From positions 21,948,001 through 22,012,000 of the forward strand of contig NC_073379.1 of assembly GCF_028641065.1 (NCBI RefSeq): a DNA stretch of 64,000 nucleotides, read 5' to 3'. The DNA is from Leucoraja erinacea (Eukaryota). The notes beneath the pieces were generated by a model. The model worked only from the letters and a program-made list of their open reading frames with translations. It ran no database searches and was not told where the DNA came from. Below are positions 22,524 through 36,709 of this stretch, one piece after another (position 1 is the stretch's first letter; each line of letters starts with the position of its first letter). Both the position numbers and the translations under genes were made by a program.

Positions 22524-25500
22524 GTGAACGTCTCCATCTCAGTTCCATTGCCAGTGTCAACAGGAGGGATGCTGCACCTCCAGTGACAGTGTCAGGTTCT
22601 TTTGTTGTGAATCAGGCAGTGTAACTTCAGAGATAAACAATGCTACATTCCCGCAGCTATGACCGTGTGTCTGTGGGGTACATGCAGCCGTCCTCACATC
22701 AGTCTGACTCAGTGGCCCCTCCCTCAGTCGTGTATCCGATACTTTTGCTACTGCATTGCTGCTGATTCCTGCATCCACATAGAACTCAAATTTCACATGG
22801 CTCTTAGCTGTCTTCCTGCATCCTAATCCATGGCTTAATCTCTACATTATCTGACAGTGGCCTTAGCAGCTTTGAATCGTTTCATCAACTTCTTTGCTAA
22901 TTCTTTCCCCAAGGCAGAGCAAGAATAGCTTTTCCCTGATCCTCATTTCCCACCCACTAGTCTCTGCATTCAGTGGATCAACCTTTATAGCTTCTGTTAT
23001 CATCAGTGCTGGTACACCAACAGACACATCTTCCACCTGCCTACACTTTCAGCATCCTGAGGGGACCATTCCCTTTGCGACTCCATCATCTGCTCTTCCA
23101 TTCCATTCAACCATTTACTCGGAACAGTGCATGGTGTAGCTTTCCAGGCTAGACTGTGCAATCAACAATATCGGTGAGCTCACTTTCTCTGTCTGTGTCA
23201 AAGCTGGTCAGCTGTGTTGTAGATAATCCATCTGCATTATGAACTTGTTTTCCTCTCTCTACGGGCACGGCCTGATCTGTGGCCATCTCCTGTAGCTCTG
23301 GCTTGCTTTTGCAGTTTCTACATGCTCTCTTTCTAAATGCCCAGATAGCTTTGTCAATCATTTATTACTATGGAAACCAGGCCTTACCCTATGTCATTCC
23401 TTTTTCACTGTCCCTCTCTCATTATCTCACTCTTTCTGCGCCAACAATCTTTTTTATTTTCTCAGCTATTCAATCAGAAGCATGAACTCTTTCTTTCTGC
23501 ACAGATGCCGCCTGACCTGTTGAGTATCCTCTGCACTCTGGAGAAACATTCCCTTTTCCTTGCGGATCACAGGTGTCCCCTGCATTATGGAGTGTTACGT
23601 GTAAGCTGAAACAACATCATATTTTTTTGGCACTAATTCCAAGAGTGAACATTTTATTCTTCATCTCATATTTTTCACTGGTGATTTGTGAATTCTGCAA
23701 GGGAGAATTTCCATTACTGGAACAGCCGGAATATGGGCTTTACCCAAATTGGACTGGTGGTTGGGTTGAAGGATTGGGCACGTCTTGTAACATGAGATGA
23801 GATCTCCTGGTAAAGAGTAATGACTACATTGAAGAATCTGGAACCCAGTTCACTTGTGTCTGAAGCCCGTGTGCTAAACTTTAATTAAGGCATTTACAAT
23901 GGTGTGATGCAGTTGGTTAAAGTAGTTTCAAAATGATAGAAAAAATGCCTACAGTAATGTTGTGAAGTTTATTTAAAAGAGGATTGGGAGATTGTAAGAC
24001 TGAAGTAAACATCTTAAAAAATTATGAGGACAGGGTTGATGGAGAAAATTGGTAAATATAAAACAGATGAAAGGAGCTTCTGCAAGTAGATAAAAGGAAC
24101 AGTCTCCAAAGCAAACAATGGATGAAAGCACCAAAAGTACTGCAGAGACGCTGTCTGACGATGCAAAGATAGGTGGGTTAGCAAGTGATGAGGACACGAT
24201 GGGCCGGCACAGACATATAGATGGTTAAGGGAGTGGGGAAAAAATCAGCTGAATTAGTATGATGGGGGGGAATGTACCCCGTAATGTTTCTTGTGCAATA
24301 AAAACCAGCATTCCATTTGTCTTTACAACTGCTTACAATACCTGCACGCAAGTCTCGTGTTTCACGTGTACGTACCCAATGTTAGGGGAAAATGAAACGG
24401 CAAGTTATTATTTGATTGGTATGTGACTGCAATCCTTTTCTTAACTGTCTTCCACGTATCTTAACACCATCACCCTCATTCTACGGCCCACTGGTTCCTA
24501 TTAGATTTCATTCCCCCAATATCAGTGCTATTTTGCATACCTACCTAATTTTTGCAAACCTACCTGTGGTATTTGATTAAAGATCTTCTGAACATGCAGA
24601 TACACTGCACCCACTCACATTTTCCTACCAATTACATTCTTGGAAAAAAACTCCCAGCACAGCTGTCAACCATTGAATAAATAAAAATGCTTGCAGTTCT
24701 GATTTCCCCAGTACAGGAAGTGTGGGAAAGCTCTTTGGAGAGGGTGCAGAAAAGGTTTACCATGATTAGAAAGTATGAGCTATGAGGAGAGGCTGGACAT
24801 ACTTGGATTGTTTTCTCTGGAGAGTCGGAGATTGAGGGAAAATCTGATAGAAGTATAAAAAAACTATGAGGCAGAGATTAGGTAGACAGTCAAAACCTTT
24901 TCCCCAGGTAGAAATTACTAAGGCTAGAGGGTATAGTTTTGATACGAGGGGCAGGTTTTTTTTGACATGGGGTGATGGGGCCTGGAATGCCCTGACAGGT
25001 TTAGTGGAATCAGATACAATAGGGCATCTAAGAGGCAATTAGATAGACACATGGATATGCAGGGAAGGAGGGATGTGGATCACATGTAGGCAGAAGAGGT
25101 TAGTTTACCAGCCATCAAATTTGGTAGGGACATGATGGGCTGAAGGGCCTGTTCCTGTGCTGTACTGTTCTATGTTCAGAAAAATACAAATTGATTTTAT
25201 CTAATCCTTTGAAACTTTCAAAATGTGCTGTTATCACATGTATAGATTCCAGCAAAATAAATGCTAATTGTGTGAGGCTAACTGGTGTGTAGTTTGTTTA
25301 TTTCTCTCAAACATCATTTGTTGCATTTGACACTTGCCAACCTTCAGAAAACATTGCAGAAGATGTGAATTTGGGGCCATTACGTCCAGTGCATTTTGCG
25401 GTGACGGGAAAGTGGCAGTGGAAAGGGAGACGTGAGTGTGAAGGGGATGAGTGCACCTGGGTGCAGGGGCAAAGTGGTCTCTTGTCAAGGCAGAAATGGG

Positions 25501-25816
25501 AGGCGACATAAAGATAAGACCTGGGGTGGGCATCGTGTTGAAATTGGTGGAAATATCATAGAATGTTCTCGTGGATGTGGAGGCTGGTGGGGTAAAAGAT
25601 AAGGTCCAGGGGAACCCTAAACCTGTTCTGCCTGGGGGAAGGGTGGGGTGGTGGTGGGGGGGGCTGTACGAATGGAGGAGACACAGGTGAGGGCATCATC
25701 CACAACTGTAGGGTGTGTGGAGTGTGTGAGGCAACCACGTTTCCTCTAAAAGGAGGACATCCCAGATCTCCTAGAGTGGAAATCACCCATCTTGAAATCA
25801 TCTCAAGAAGAGGAGA

Positions 25817-26540
25817 TCACAATCACAATGATACTTTATTAGCCAAGTATGTTTTGCAACATACGAGGATTTTTAATTTGCCAAGTCAGTCATATAAATA
25901 AAAAGCAACGGAACACACAAAATACATTTTAACATAAACATCCACCACAGTGACTCCTCCACATTCCTCACTGTGATGGAAAGCGAAAAAAATTCCATCT
26001 CTTCCCTTTGTTTTCCCGCGGTCGGGGGCCTCGAGCCCTCCGCTGACGGGACGATCTTGACTCCCGTAGCCGGCGGCATTTGGGCCACCGCATCATCAGC
26101 TCCTGTGTCGGTGGGGGGTGTCAGATCGGACCCCCGAGTTGGGGCTGGTCGAACCTCTGCGTCTTTGGAGCTCCCAACCCGGCCTCTCTCGAGACTGCGA
26201 GCTCGATGGTAAAGTCCGCAGGCCACGATTGGAATGATCCCAGGCAAGGGATCTGCTTTGATCTTAAGTCCACGCCCCACAGAGGGGCTCCAAAGTGAGT
26301 CCGAGGAGGCCTCCAGCTCCACTGATGTTAGGCCGCAGAGCGACCGGAGATACGACCCGGAAAACATCGCATCTCCGGCAAGGTAAGAAACTGAAACAAA
26401 AAAGTTTCTCCCGACCCCCTCCCCCTCCCCCCACATAAAACAAACCGGAGAACATTTATACAATCTTTTAAAACACACAAATATTTGAAAAAGGCCGGAA
26501 AAGCAGACAAGACTGTTGGCGAGGCTGCCAATCGTGCACC
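25817..26540 (-). mobile_element. GC-rich non-autonomous interspersed repeat family (related copies ~29597-30140, 32415-33085 inverted, 43893-44790)
   Basis: Recurrent ends (short-repeat tail, catccaccacagtga..cactgtgatggaa) and a GC-rich core in both orientations; class uncertain. Confidence 0.55.
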
Positions 26541-26848
26541 GCCCCTGGTGGAACAGGCAATATGGGTTTGGGGAGTTGTCAGGTTGGTGGTTTTCATGGA
26601 AAGTGATGGGATGTGTTATGGGATGGGAGACAGAGGTCTGCTGGCTGTTCGTAGGTCACTATACGAGGAGGTGTTTAAAGAGCTGTCCTGTGGACACACT
26701 AAGGGTGTAAGGAAAAGATCTATCAGAACGAGGGTGGATCTGATCCACGGTAGTAATGTGTGAACAAGTACTGATGGAACTGTGAACAATTACCCCCACG
26801 CTGCTCAATAAAACTTTGTACCTTCACCTTTTCCCATTCCAACCCCAG

Positions 26849-26880
26849 CTTTTGCAGACTTTTACAGGATGATTTTATAG
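26849..26880 (+). CDS. Candidate terminal cytoplasmic exon of gene A (phase 1 gives AFADFYRMIL*)
   Basis: Strong pyrimidine tract ccttcaccttttcccattccaacccCAG in non-repetitive sequence; frame assignment unverified. Confidence 0.3.
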
Positions 26881-29800
26881 AATACGATTTACCAAGAGAA
26901 TCAGATGAAAAGGCAGCCCTTTTGTACCAGGACAGAAAAACAAAATGACTCCATGACAAATAACAAGAGCAACACAGTAGACTGTAAATCAAATGGCAGT
27001 AAAGTTGAGGAAGGGGAGAAGACCAGGGTGGGGACATTAAAAAAGGGAGCACTGTGAGCAGAGGTGCAAGGTTCAGCCACTGATTGATGTTTCTCTCTAG
27101 AAATTCAGGAAAGGGCTTAGACTGGAGTGGAGAAGATTGTACAAATATCAAGCTGCCAATAGAAATTGTTGAATAATTCATAGACATGGATCACACAGAG
27201 CACATGAACAGGCACTCGGCCCATTACGTCCATTCTGACCATCCAATGCCCTCCAGTACTGACCCTACTTACCTGCACTTAGTCCACGAAGATGAAGGGG
27301 AGGCGGTGGGTGGATTCACAAAACTTCCATGGATCACACCACATGGTCAGGCTAGCAGGCTATGTTTCCTCCAGATTTCTCCCTATCCCTCTGGATCTCT
27401 CCTTATCTCTCTGCATCTCTCCCTCTCCCTCAGGATCTCTGACTCAAGACCTCTCCATCTTCCTCAGGTTCCGTTTCCTCCATCAGGAGCACTCATTCTC
27501 CCTCAGGATCTCTCCTCTCCCTCTAGGTCTCCACCAACCACCCACAGCTGCAGCAGCAACCATGGTGCGCTTTCTCTCCATCCCCAGCAACCACCCGCAC
27601 TCCCTTCACAAACCCTCCCCCCCTCTCACAAACTTACCCATCCAGTCTTCTCTATTCACAAACCCTCCCGTCCCCTCCCCTCACAAACATATACCGTCCC
27701 CTCCCCTCACAGACACATCCCATCCCTGCCACTCTCCTCACAAACCCTCCCATCTCGTCCCGTTCCCTTACTAAGACACCCACGCTGTCCCATCACAAAC
27801 TCACACATCCCTTCCCAAATCCTTCCCCCCATCGCCTCCCCCCACAAACCCTCCTAACTCCTCACAAATCCACTCTGAGAGCGTGGAAACAGGCCCTTCG
27901 GCCCAACTTGCCTACACACCAGCCAACATGTCCCAGCTACACTAGTTTCACCTACCTGCGTTTGGACCATATGCCCCCAAACCTATCCTATCCATCTGCC
28001 TGTCTAACTGTTTCTTAAATGTTAGGACAGTCCCTGCCTCAACTACCTCCTCTGGCAGCTCGTGCCAAACTTTGTGTGAAAAAGTTACCCCTCAGATTCC
28101 TATTAAATCTTTTCCCCTTTACCTTAAACCCACGTCCTCTGGTCCTCGATTCCCCTACTCTGGGCAAGAGATTCTGTGTGTCTACCTGATCTATACCTCT
28201 CATGATTTTGTACACCTCTATAAGATCATCCCTCATCCTCCTGTGCTCCAAGGAATATCATTAACCTCTCCCTATAGCTCACAGGAGCTCTCTTCCCTCA
28301 CAAACCCTCATGTCCCCTCCCCTCACAAACCAAACCCATACCCTCCCATCATGCCACCAATACCATAGTGTCATCATAATACCACCCATCTCCTCCCATT
28401 ATAATACCACTCATCTCCTCTCCATAATCCTCACCCTCTCTGGCGCGGGGAAGGTTCTGGGCGCGAAGACGCCGGTGCCATTTTGTACCCGTGACCATTT
28501 GCGATGCGAGGGCGCAGCGGGGAGCGACGGGCCGAGTGGCGGCAGGGAGCGGCCACGCCGGACCACGGGGAAGCATCGGAGCAGGTGATGGAGACAATTG
28601 GCCTCGGCGGGAAGGAGGGAGGTTGGGAGACGGCCGCCTCTCAGGCCAGGGGACCTCGTGGTCGGGTGCCAGCCTCCTGCGCTGTCGGTGTGGAGCTCGC
28701 AATCTTCTCCTCGCCAACGATCTCCGCTTCCCTCCGACACACGCAAGTCGATGACTCATGGTTATCAATGATCTCCTTGATAATGCCTGGCAGAAACAGG
28801 CCCTTCGGCCCACCGAGTCTGTACTGACCATCAGGAAACCATGTACATTGTGTGTAGAAATTTCACAAACAAGGGAGCTGTCTTGACCTACCATCAACCT
28901 CCGTAGAGACTCTCGAACTATATTTAATTGGACATTACTGGAATTTACCTTGCACTAAAGGTTATAGGGGGTTGCACGTAAGGTCATTGGGTCAAAGGGC
29001 GTGACGCACGGAACAGCTCAATCTGTCTGGAGGACATGGCAGCTTCCGGTATACACTGCTAACACATGAAACACGTACTTTCTTACCTGTTAAAAACTGC
29101 CGAAATGGTCAATTTTTGTGCTGCAAATAATTGTGGAGGGTGACTGAGCGCTCTGAACCAAATGCTCCAGTATCTTTGCTCTAAACCCGAGCACCAAGGT
29201 GTAAGCGGCTGAAGGAGCGCATCCCTCGGGACAGCCCCCACTCTCCCCCCGGGGTCAACGTTGTCCGGCCACAGCCACCCTCCACCCACGCTCCACCTGT
29301 GCGGCCGCGCTGTCACGTGCTGTGGGTCGGCAGCGCCCACGCAGGGTGCCAGGTGGGGCGGGGCCGCGGATCCCGGCAGCGGACACATGAGGACGCAAAC
29401 CCGGCAATGTCCTGGCGCTGCGGCATCCCGCCCACTCCCCGCCCCCCCCCCCCAGACAATACCCCACCCCCACCCCACACATCACGATCACCCCCCTCCC
29501 TGACCAACCCCCAACTACGCCCCCCCTGGATCACCCGTCAAACCCCCCCCCCCCCATCACCGACCTCCTCCCCGGCGGTCCGCAAGCGTGGAACCAGTCA
29601 CTGTGATGGAAAGCGAAAAAAATTCCATCTCTGCCCTTTGTTTTCCCGCGGTCGGGGGTCTCGACCCCTCCGCGGACGGGATGATCTTGACACCCGTAGC
29701 CGGCGGCATTTGGGCCTCCGCATCATCAGCTCCTGTGTCGGTGGGGGATGTCAGATCGGACCCCCGAGTTGGGGCTGGTCGAACCTCTACGTCTTTGGAG

Positions 29801-31409
29801 CTCCCAACCCGGCCTCTCTCGAGACTGCGAGCTCGATGGTAAAGTCCGCAGGCCACGATTGGAATGATCCCAGGCAAGCGATCTGCTTTGAAGTGAGTTC
29901 GAGGAGGCCTCCAGCTCCACTGATGTTAGGCCGCAGAGCGACCGGAGATACGACCCGGAAAACATCGCATCTCCGGCAAGGTAAGAGACTGAAAAAAAAA
30001 GTTTCCCCCGACCCCCTCCCCCTCCCCCCACATAAAACAAACCGGAGAACATTTATACAAACTTTTAAAACACACTCAAAATTTTAAAAACGGATCGAAA
30101 AGCAGACAAGACTGTTGTCGAGGCTGCCAATCGTGCACCGCCCCTGGTGGAACAGGCAATATGGGTTTGGGGAATTGTCAGGTTGGTGGTTTTCGTGGAA
30201 AGTGATGTGATGTGTTATGGGATGAGAGACAGAGGTCTGCTGGCTGTTCGTAGGTCACCATACAAGGAGGTGTTCAAAGAGCTGTCCTGTGGACACCCCA
30301 AGGATGAATGGAATAGATCTATCTCCACCCCACCATTGCAACCTTCTTCACTGTGGCCCTGTGATGTCTCAGCTCTGACAATTCAAGGGACCTAACCAGT
30401 AACAACACTAAGAGCAGCCCCAGGCAGCTGCACTCCCGACTCAAATCTGAGCTTGAAAAATCTGGTGATGGGTCAGATGTCCCGCGGGTCATATTTTGGA
30501 GACTCCTGCCTTACAAGAACAAAAACAAAAATGTACAGAAGTACAAATATTGATGACTTTATCATTATGGTAAATATAGATCTATTTTTTAAAAATCTAA
30601 TAACTTTCTAATATACCGACAAACCTAGACAGAAAATAATAATATATCCTCACCTTTCTTTGTTATTGGGGAACCTGTAGAAAGACAGGTAGGGTCGTCT
30701 ACATTAACGATTAGAGCAATTTATAGCAGAACAGTGAGCTCTGGTTGTAGATGTGGACGCCATGACAATATCGAGTCAGCCCATTAAAATGGCATGAACA
30801 ATCACCCATGATGTACCACGCATTTTTCGATGAGTGGCGTATCTTGCTCCGCTCTATGATCTTTGGGCGGGAAGGAGGGAGGACGGGAGAGAGCCAGTGG
30901 GTTTCCAAGGGGCACGGGAGACGGCCGGTGAGGCGATCAGCGATGGCCTGAAGCACCGCGAGTGTAGCCGCCTCTCTGGCCCGGTGACACGGGGTCGGGC
31001 CTCGGCCTCCTGCGCTGTCGGTGTGGAGCTCGCAACCTTCTCCCCGCCAGCGATCTGCGCTTCCTTCCTTCCTTCCTACACACACGAGTCGATGGCTCAC
31101 TGTTATTAATGATCTCCGTGATAATGCCTGGCAGAAACAGGACCTTCGGCCCACCGTGTCCATACTGGCCATCAGGAAACCATGTACATTGTGTGTAGAA
31201 ATTTCACAAACAAAGGAGCGGTCTTGACCTACCATAAACCTCATTAGAGACTCTCGAACTATCTTTAATTGGACTTTACTGGAATTTACCTTGCACTAAA
31301 GGTTATTCCCTTTATCCTGCATGTGTACACTGTGGACAGCTTGAGTGGGATCATGATCATGTATAGTCTATTTTGCTGACTGCTTTTTTGCTTAACATAT
31401 GATAGGTTT

Positions 31410-32290
31410 ACAAGAATGATCCCAGTAATGAGTAGGTTAACACATGATGAGCATTTGATGCACTGGGCCTGTACTCGCTGGAGTTTAGAATAATGAGGAG
31501 GGGACCATCATTGAAACAAAAAGAATAATGAAAGGCTTGGATAGAGTGGATTTGGAGTAGATGTTTCCAATAGTGAGAGACTCCAGGACTAGATATCATA
31601 GCCTCAGAATTAAAGGCCATTCCTTTAGGAAAGAGATGAGGAGGAATTTATTTAGACAGAGGGTGGTGAATCTATTGAATTCTTTACCACATGAGGCTGT
31701 GGAGGTCAAGTCAATGGATATTTTTAAGGCTGAGATAGATAGATTCTTGATTAATACAGGTCTCAGAGGTTAGGAGAAGGCAGGAGAATGGGGTTAGCAG
31801 GGAGAGATAGAACAGCTGTTAGTTCTCTCCGCGCTATCAGACAACAAACCACATGAGTAACTTTCAGAATGTAACAATTCCTCTTTATAATGCATGCGGG
31901 AGTGGGAGAGCAACTATGAGTACGGTTAAATACTCGTTGCCTCTTGCAGTCCCACTCAATTGTTCTGTTCACAGGCAGTATATGTATAGATGAATATTCC
32001 CCGGTCCAGCTAATCTCACAGCTAACCACACAGTTAGCACATTCCTTATTGTATAGAACAGACTTGTGTTTCTCAAGACATTTTGCAATTCTGCAAAACC
32101 ACTAATTCATTAGCTAGCAATTCTAAGTAAATAAAACAGGCTCACCATGTGAAACATGTAATCTGTATGTGCACATTAACTCTTAAACCCCCATCCTCCT
32201 CTCCACAGCCATGATTGAATGGTGGAGTAGACTTGATGGGCTGAATGGCCTAATTCAGCTCCTATTCCTAAGGACCTTATGACCTTATGA
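31410..32290 (+). mobile_element. CR1 LINE 3' fragment
   Basis: SRTRYHSLRIKG..QRVVNL.NSLP; 3'UTR split by the solo LTR. Confidence 0.8.
31817..32205. mobile_element. Solo LTR inserted in a CR1 3'UTR
   Basis: TG...CA termini and 4-bp TSD CAGC (31813-31816, 32206-32209); splits the CR1 tail gatagaacagc|catgattgaat. Confidence 0.7.
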
Positions 32291-33569
32291 CTGGATAACA
32301 TACAACACCAAAAAATAACTTTATATTGGTTCACGTGGCAATAGCTGAGCTAGAGAAAGACATTGCAGATGCTGATTAATACAATTAATGCTGATTAATT
32401 AAGACACAAAGGACACAGTCTCGCCAACAGTCTGTCTGTCCTTTTGTCTTTGTTTGTGATATTTTTAGTGTGTTTTAAAGGCTTGTGTGAATGCTCTCTG
32501 GTGTGTTTTATGTGGGGGTGGGGGAGGGGGTTGGGGGAAACTTTCTTTCAATCTCTTACCTTGCAGGAGATTGTATCTCCGGTCACTCTACGGCCTAACA
32601 TTGTGGAGCTGGAGGCCTCGCTCAGGACTAATGAGCCCCACCGTGGGGCCGTGGACTTACCAACAGAGTCAATTCCTTGCCTGGGATCAATGATCCAACT
32701 GCAGTCTGCAGACTTTAACATCAAAGATATCACAGTCTCGGGAGAGACCGAGTCGGGAAGCTCTAATGAAGCAAGAAGGTTTGACCAGCCCCGACCCGGG
32801 GCCAGATCACCTGGCATGGGGAGCTGACATCCCCCCCGATGCAGGAGCTTGATCGCCCCAACGAGGAGGCTCGCCACCGGCTAATCGAGTCAAGATCGTC
32901 CCGTCAACGGAAGTTTCGAGGCCCCCTACTGTGGGAGAACAATGAAGGGAAGAGATTGAAATTTTTCTTCGCCTTCCATCACAGTGAGGAACTTGTGGTG
33001 GATGTTCATGTTAGACTATAGACAATAGACAATGTAATAAAATATATTTTGTGTGTTCTGTTGCTTTTTATTAGTATGACTAATTTTGGGTTAGGACCTT
33101 AACTCAGAAGAAGAAAGTGCAGTCTTCAGAAGAAGGGTTTTGACCTGAAACAACAGCTATCCATGTTCTTCAGAGATGCTGCCTGACCCGTTGAGTTATT
33201 CCAGCATTTTGTGACCCATGTTGACTGATCCTGTTCCCTGCGCATTCCCCTCAACTCTTCCCCAGATTCATCGCCTCACGGACAATTCAAGAGAATTAAG
33301 AATGTTTTATTGTCACATGTACTGAAAAGGAACAATTAAATTCTTACTTGGAGCATAGCAGGTTTGTAAACATTGCACCCAACAGAAAATATAACAAACA
33401 AAAAACATTCAATTAATAAAATAGACGAAGTAGAATAGCAAAAACTAAACAAAGCTCAAAGACCCTGGAACTCTGCTGAGTTTGGAGTTTAGTCGGCATT
33501 CCTAGTGTTCGGCACGGTCTAGAAGGGCCGAGATGGCCTGTTTCCGTACTGTAATTGTTATATGGTTAT

Positions 33570-33990
33570 ATGGTTATATAATAGCCTAATGGTTGTTGGG
33601 AAGAAGCTGTTCCTGAACCTTGACATTAGTTTTCAAGTTCCTGTACCTTGGTCCTGATGGCAGGAGTGAAAGGAGAGCATGGCCAGTCTGGTGTGGGCCC
33701 TTGACTTTGCTCGTTGCCTTTTTGAAGCAGCGCTTCTTATAGATCCCTTCGAAGGTGGGGAGGTCAGTACCTTTGATGGACCGGGCAGCGTTCACCACTT
33801 GATGTAATGTCCTTTGTTTCCGGGTGTGCGAGTTGCTGAACCAGGTCGTGATGCAACCAATCAATGTGCTCTCTACCATACACCTGCATTCGTCGACATA
33901 CCAAATCTCCCCAATCTTCTAAGGAAGTAGAGATGTTTATGGGCATTCTTTATGATTGCATTAATTTGCTGGGTCAAGGACAGAGATCTG
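33570..33990 (-). mobile_element. Rex1/Babar LINE 3' fragment
   Basis: VESTLIGCITTWF..LLPSG.RYR. Confidence 0.7.
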
Positions 33991-34559
33991 CACACCCAGC
34001 AACCCAGGAAATTTGTTGGATTTTTTTGAAGAAGATGGGTTTATGGATCCACGGATTTCCCAGGGTCCACACACAAACTCACCCAACAACCTGTGTATCT
34101 TTGGGTGCAGTTTGACCTGGTTTCTTCCCATATCCCAGGGTATCACAGGTTAGGATTGGACTCTGGTCTCTGGAGCTGTTCAAAGTTTGTTCTACTCATG
34201 CAACATTAATTTGTCCCTCTAATAGGTGAGTGGTAAAAATGTAGATGTGGAGGTGAGGTGTTGGAGTTGATGCAGATGTGGGCAGATTAAAATGAGTCCC
34301 ACAGTTTTTTGTCTCCATTTTACTGATCCACTGTGAAATCTATTCAAAATATCCCTCTGGGAGTTCTGTGAATTCTTGCACCTTTTAGCTCAGGGACTCC
34401 AGTCACCCACAGACAGGAGACAACTGGAAGACAGTTGACTGGACCTTGATGCTGTTATGTGAGCAGCTACACCTTCTGTGGGACTTCTGGGACCTGGTTC
34501 CAATCTACAGTTTGTTTGTTGGGTGTAAATTTTGCAGCATAGGTTGGAGATCTGAACCA

Positions 34560-34974
34560 GAGGGTGACACCCTCATTGCATCAGCCAGTTCCACTCAGAT
34601 TCAACAAGGATGGAGACTGGATGACTGAACTGCAGTGTGTCAAAATGGACTTTGCCGTTTGATGCTGGCTGACAATTCTTGCAAAGTCTCTGGAGCCCTT
34701 TTACACTCTGTGTTAACTGCACAACTCAGAAAACGGCAGGAAGCAGCAAGGAGTCTTGGTCCCACCGAACCTAAAGGATTTGAAGGCTCAATAAGAGAAG
34801 TGAAAGTTTTTGATTTGCCTTTGCACTGCCTGTCTCCACTGATCGTACAAATATTTTAATACAGAGCAGCAGTTGGTTTTCTGGCTGCTTCACTGTGAGT
34901 GAAACATATATCTATGAGATAGACTGGGCTGTCCACGGCAATGGAGCAAAATCAGTCTTTTGATGCTATACTTA
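34560..34974 (+). pseudogene. Orphan promoter + degenerate leader exon of a third family member
   Basis: Aligns with 45733-46165. ..GCC TTT GCA CTG CCT GTC TCC ACT GAT C|GTACAA (ends 34844) has no ATG and an upstream in-frame TGA. Homology resumes at 37441-37485 after a transposon. No V exon seen before the gene B leader. Confidence 0.75.
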
Positions 34975-35923
34975 AACCGCTTTTTCATGGGGCGACTTGA
35001 CGCAAGAGTTAACCAAAGTTGAACATCGTGGGAACCTCTTGCGATAACCGTATGGCATTCGTGGACCACCGTGGCGCTAACGGCAGGTATTCGTGTAACT
35101 TAGTGACTCGGGAGAAAATTCAAACAAGCTTGAATTTCTCCAAGAGTGACTTGTACACTTGTGGTTGAACATTGCAACATTATGCGGACGTAGTTTATAT
35201 TGCAACATTATGTGCATTATCCGTACTGACTCTTACATGTACCGTGGGAACTGCTGCGAACGGTGAACCCGGAAGCTGGACAGAGGGGACAGAAGGTGAG
35301 TAAAAATTGTCTTCTGTGGGATTGAATTAAAAAAATAAAGATTTGAATCCGCATATGGCCATCAACTTAGTCATGAGTTATGTTAATGTGATTCAAGAAA
35401 ATAACTATAATCTTTAAAAGGGACTTTACTGAAAGGTCCCGCATTTTTATGGTCCGTGAGAAATTTTCCACATGTACTTCTTTGAGAGATACAGCTCGGA
35501 GTCCTCGCCGACCAGCGATCGATGCCTTTCCGAAGCAGGGTCCGGAACGCTACCAATCAATGTTCTCCAGATACCCGTGTAAAGGAGTGAACTGCACATG
35601 CTGGTTTAAAACGAAGACAGACACAAAAAGCTGGAGTAACTCAGCGAGTCAAGCAGCATCTCTGGAGAAAAATAGGTGATGTTTCGGGACGAGACACATC
35701 TTCAGACTCAATTCCGATTAGGATGTCTGAAGAAGGGTTCCGATTCGAATCGCCACCTATTCTTTTTCTCCAGAGATGCTGCCTGACCCGCTAACTTACT
35801 CCAGCTTTTTATGTTTTTCTTCCCAGATCTGACTTACCTGCTGAGTTACACCAACATTTTGTGTCCGTGTTCACTATGAACATTGAATTATTTAATTTTA
35901 GGTAACTTACACTCTCTCTCTCT

Positions 35924-35932
35924 CCCCCCCCC

Positions 35933-35998
<66 letters not shown>

Positions 35999-36001
35999 CC
36001 C
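35924..36001. repeat. Poly-C tract
   Basis: About 75 nt of near-pure C. Confidence 0.95.
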
Positions 36002-36658
36002 ATGCAGTAATTGTCGGTTAACCAGTCCAAGGTTTGCAACGCTGGTTCCCTCTTGGGATCACACTATCCCTAGCCAACAATTGGCCTATCAGGGAACCAA
36101 ATATAGACATAAAGTGCTGGAGTGACTCAGTGGGTCAGGCAGCATCTCTGGAGGAAAGGGTTAGGCGACATTTCGGGTCGGGACCCCTCTTCAAAATACC
36201 CTGCTGAGGTCATCTGTTGTTGGCCCTGATTTGACCCGGTCTTTTCTTGCTTCCAGTTCCCCCCTACAATCATCCCGAAGAAGGGTCCGACCAAAAATGG
36301 AATCTATTCCTTTTCTCCAGAGATGCTGCTTGGCCCGCTGAGTTACTCCAGCATTTTGTGTCTAACTTGCTGATTCAGACAGTTTTTGATTTACTCTGAA
36401 ACACACGTTGGAAATTTAAACTTGGGCGCAACTAACATCGTCTTACTACCGTGGGAACTCTTTAACTCAGCGGGAAGGCAGCAGTTAATTGTTGCTCCCT
36501 TCAGTTTCCCAGGGGGTCGGGACGGGACTGGAGTTGGGAGGGAAAGGTGGGGGAGTCGAGGGAGAGGAGGGGGAGACAGATGGGGTGTCTTCATTTACTG
36601 GCGGCGGGTGTCTGTCACTGAAACAGGCAGGTGAGATTTCACTTCCACCTTGCGTGTG

Positions 36659-36659
<1 letters not shown>

Positions 36660-36707
<48 letters not shown>
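36660..36707. repeat. (CT)n microsatellite
   Basis: Seen directly in the sequence. Confidence 0.95.

Positions 36708-36709
<2 letters not shown>

Noticed and set aside
27186-30087. Long Pro/Ser/Arg-rich ORFs
   Set aside because: Low-complexity C-rich and GC-rich repeat sequence with overlapping ORFs on both strands and no domain motifs.
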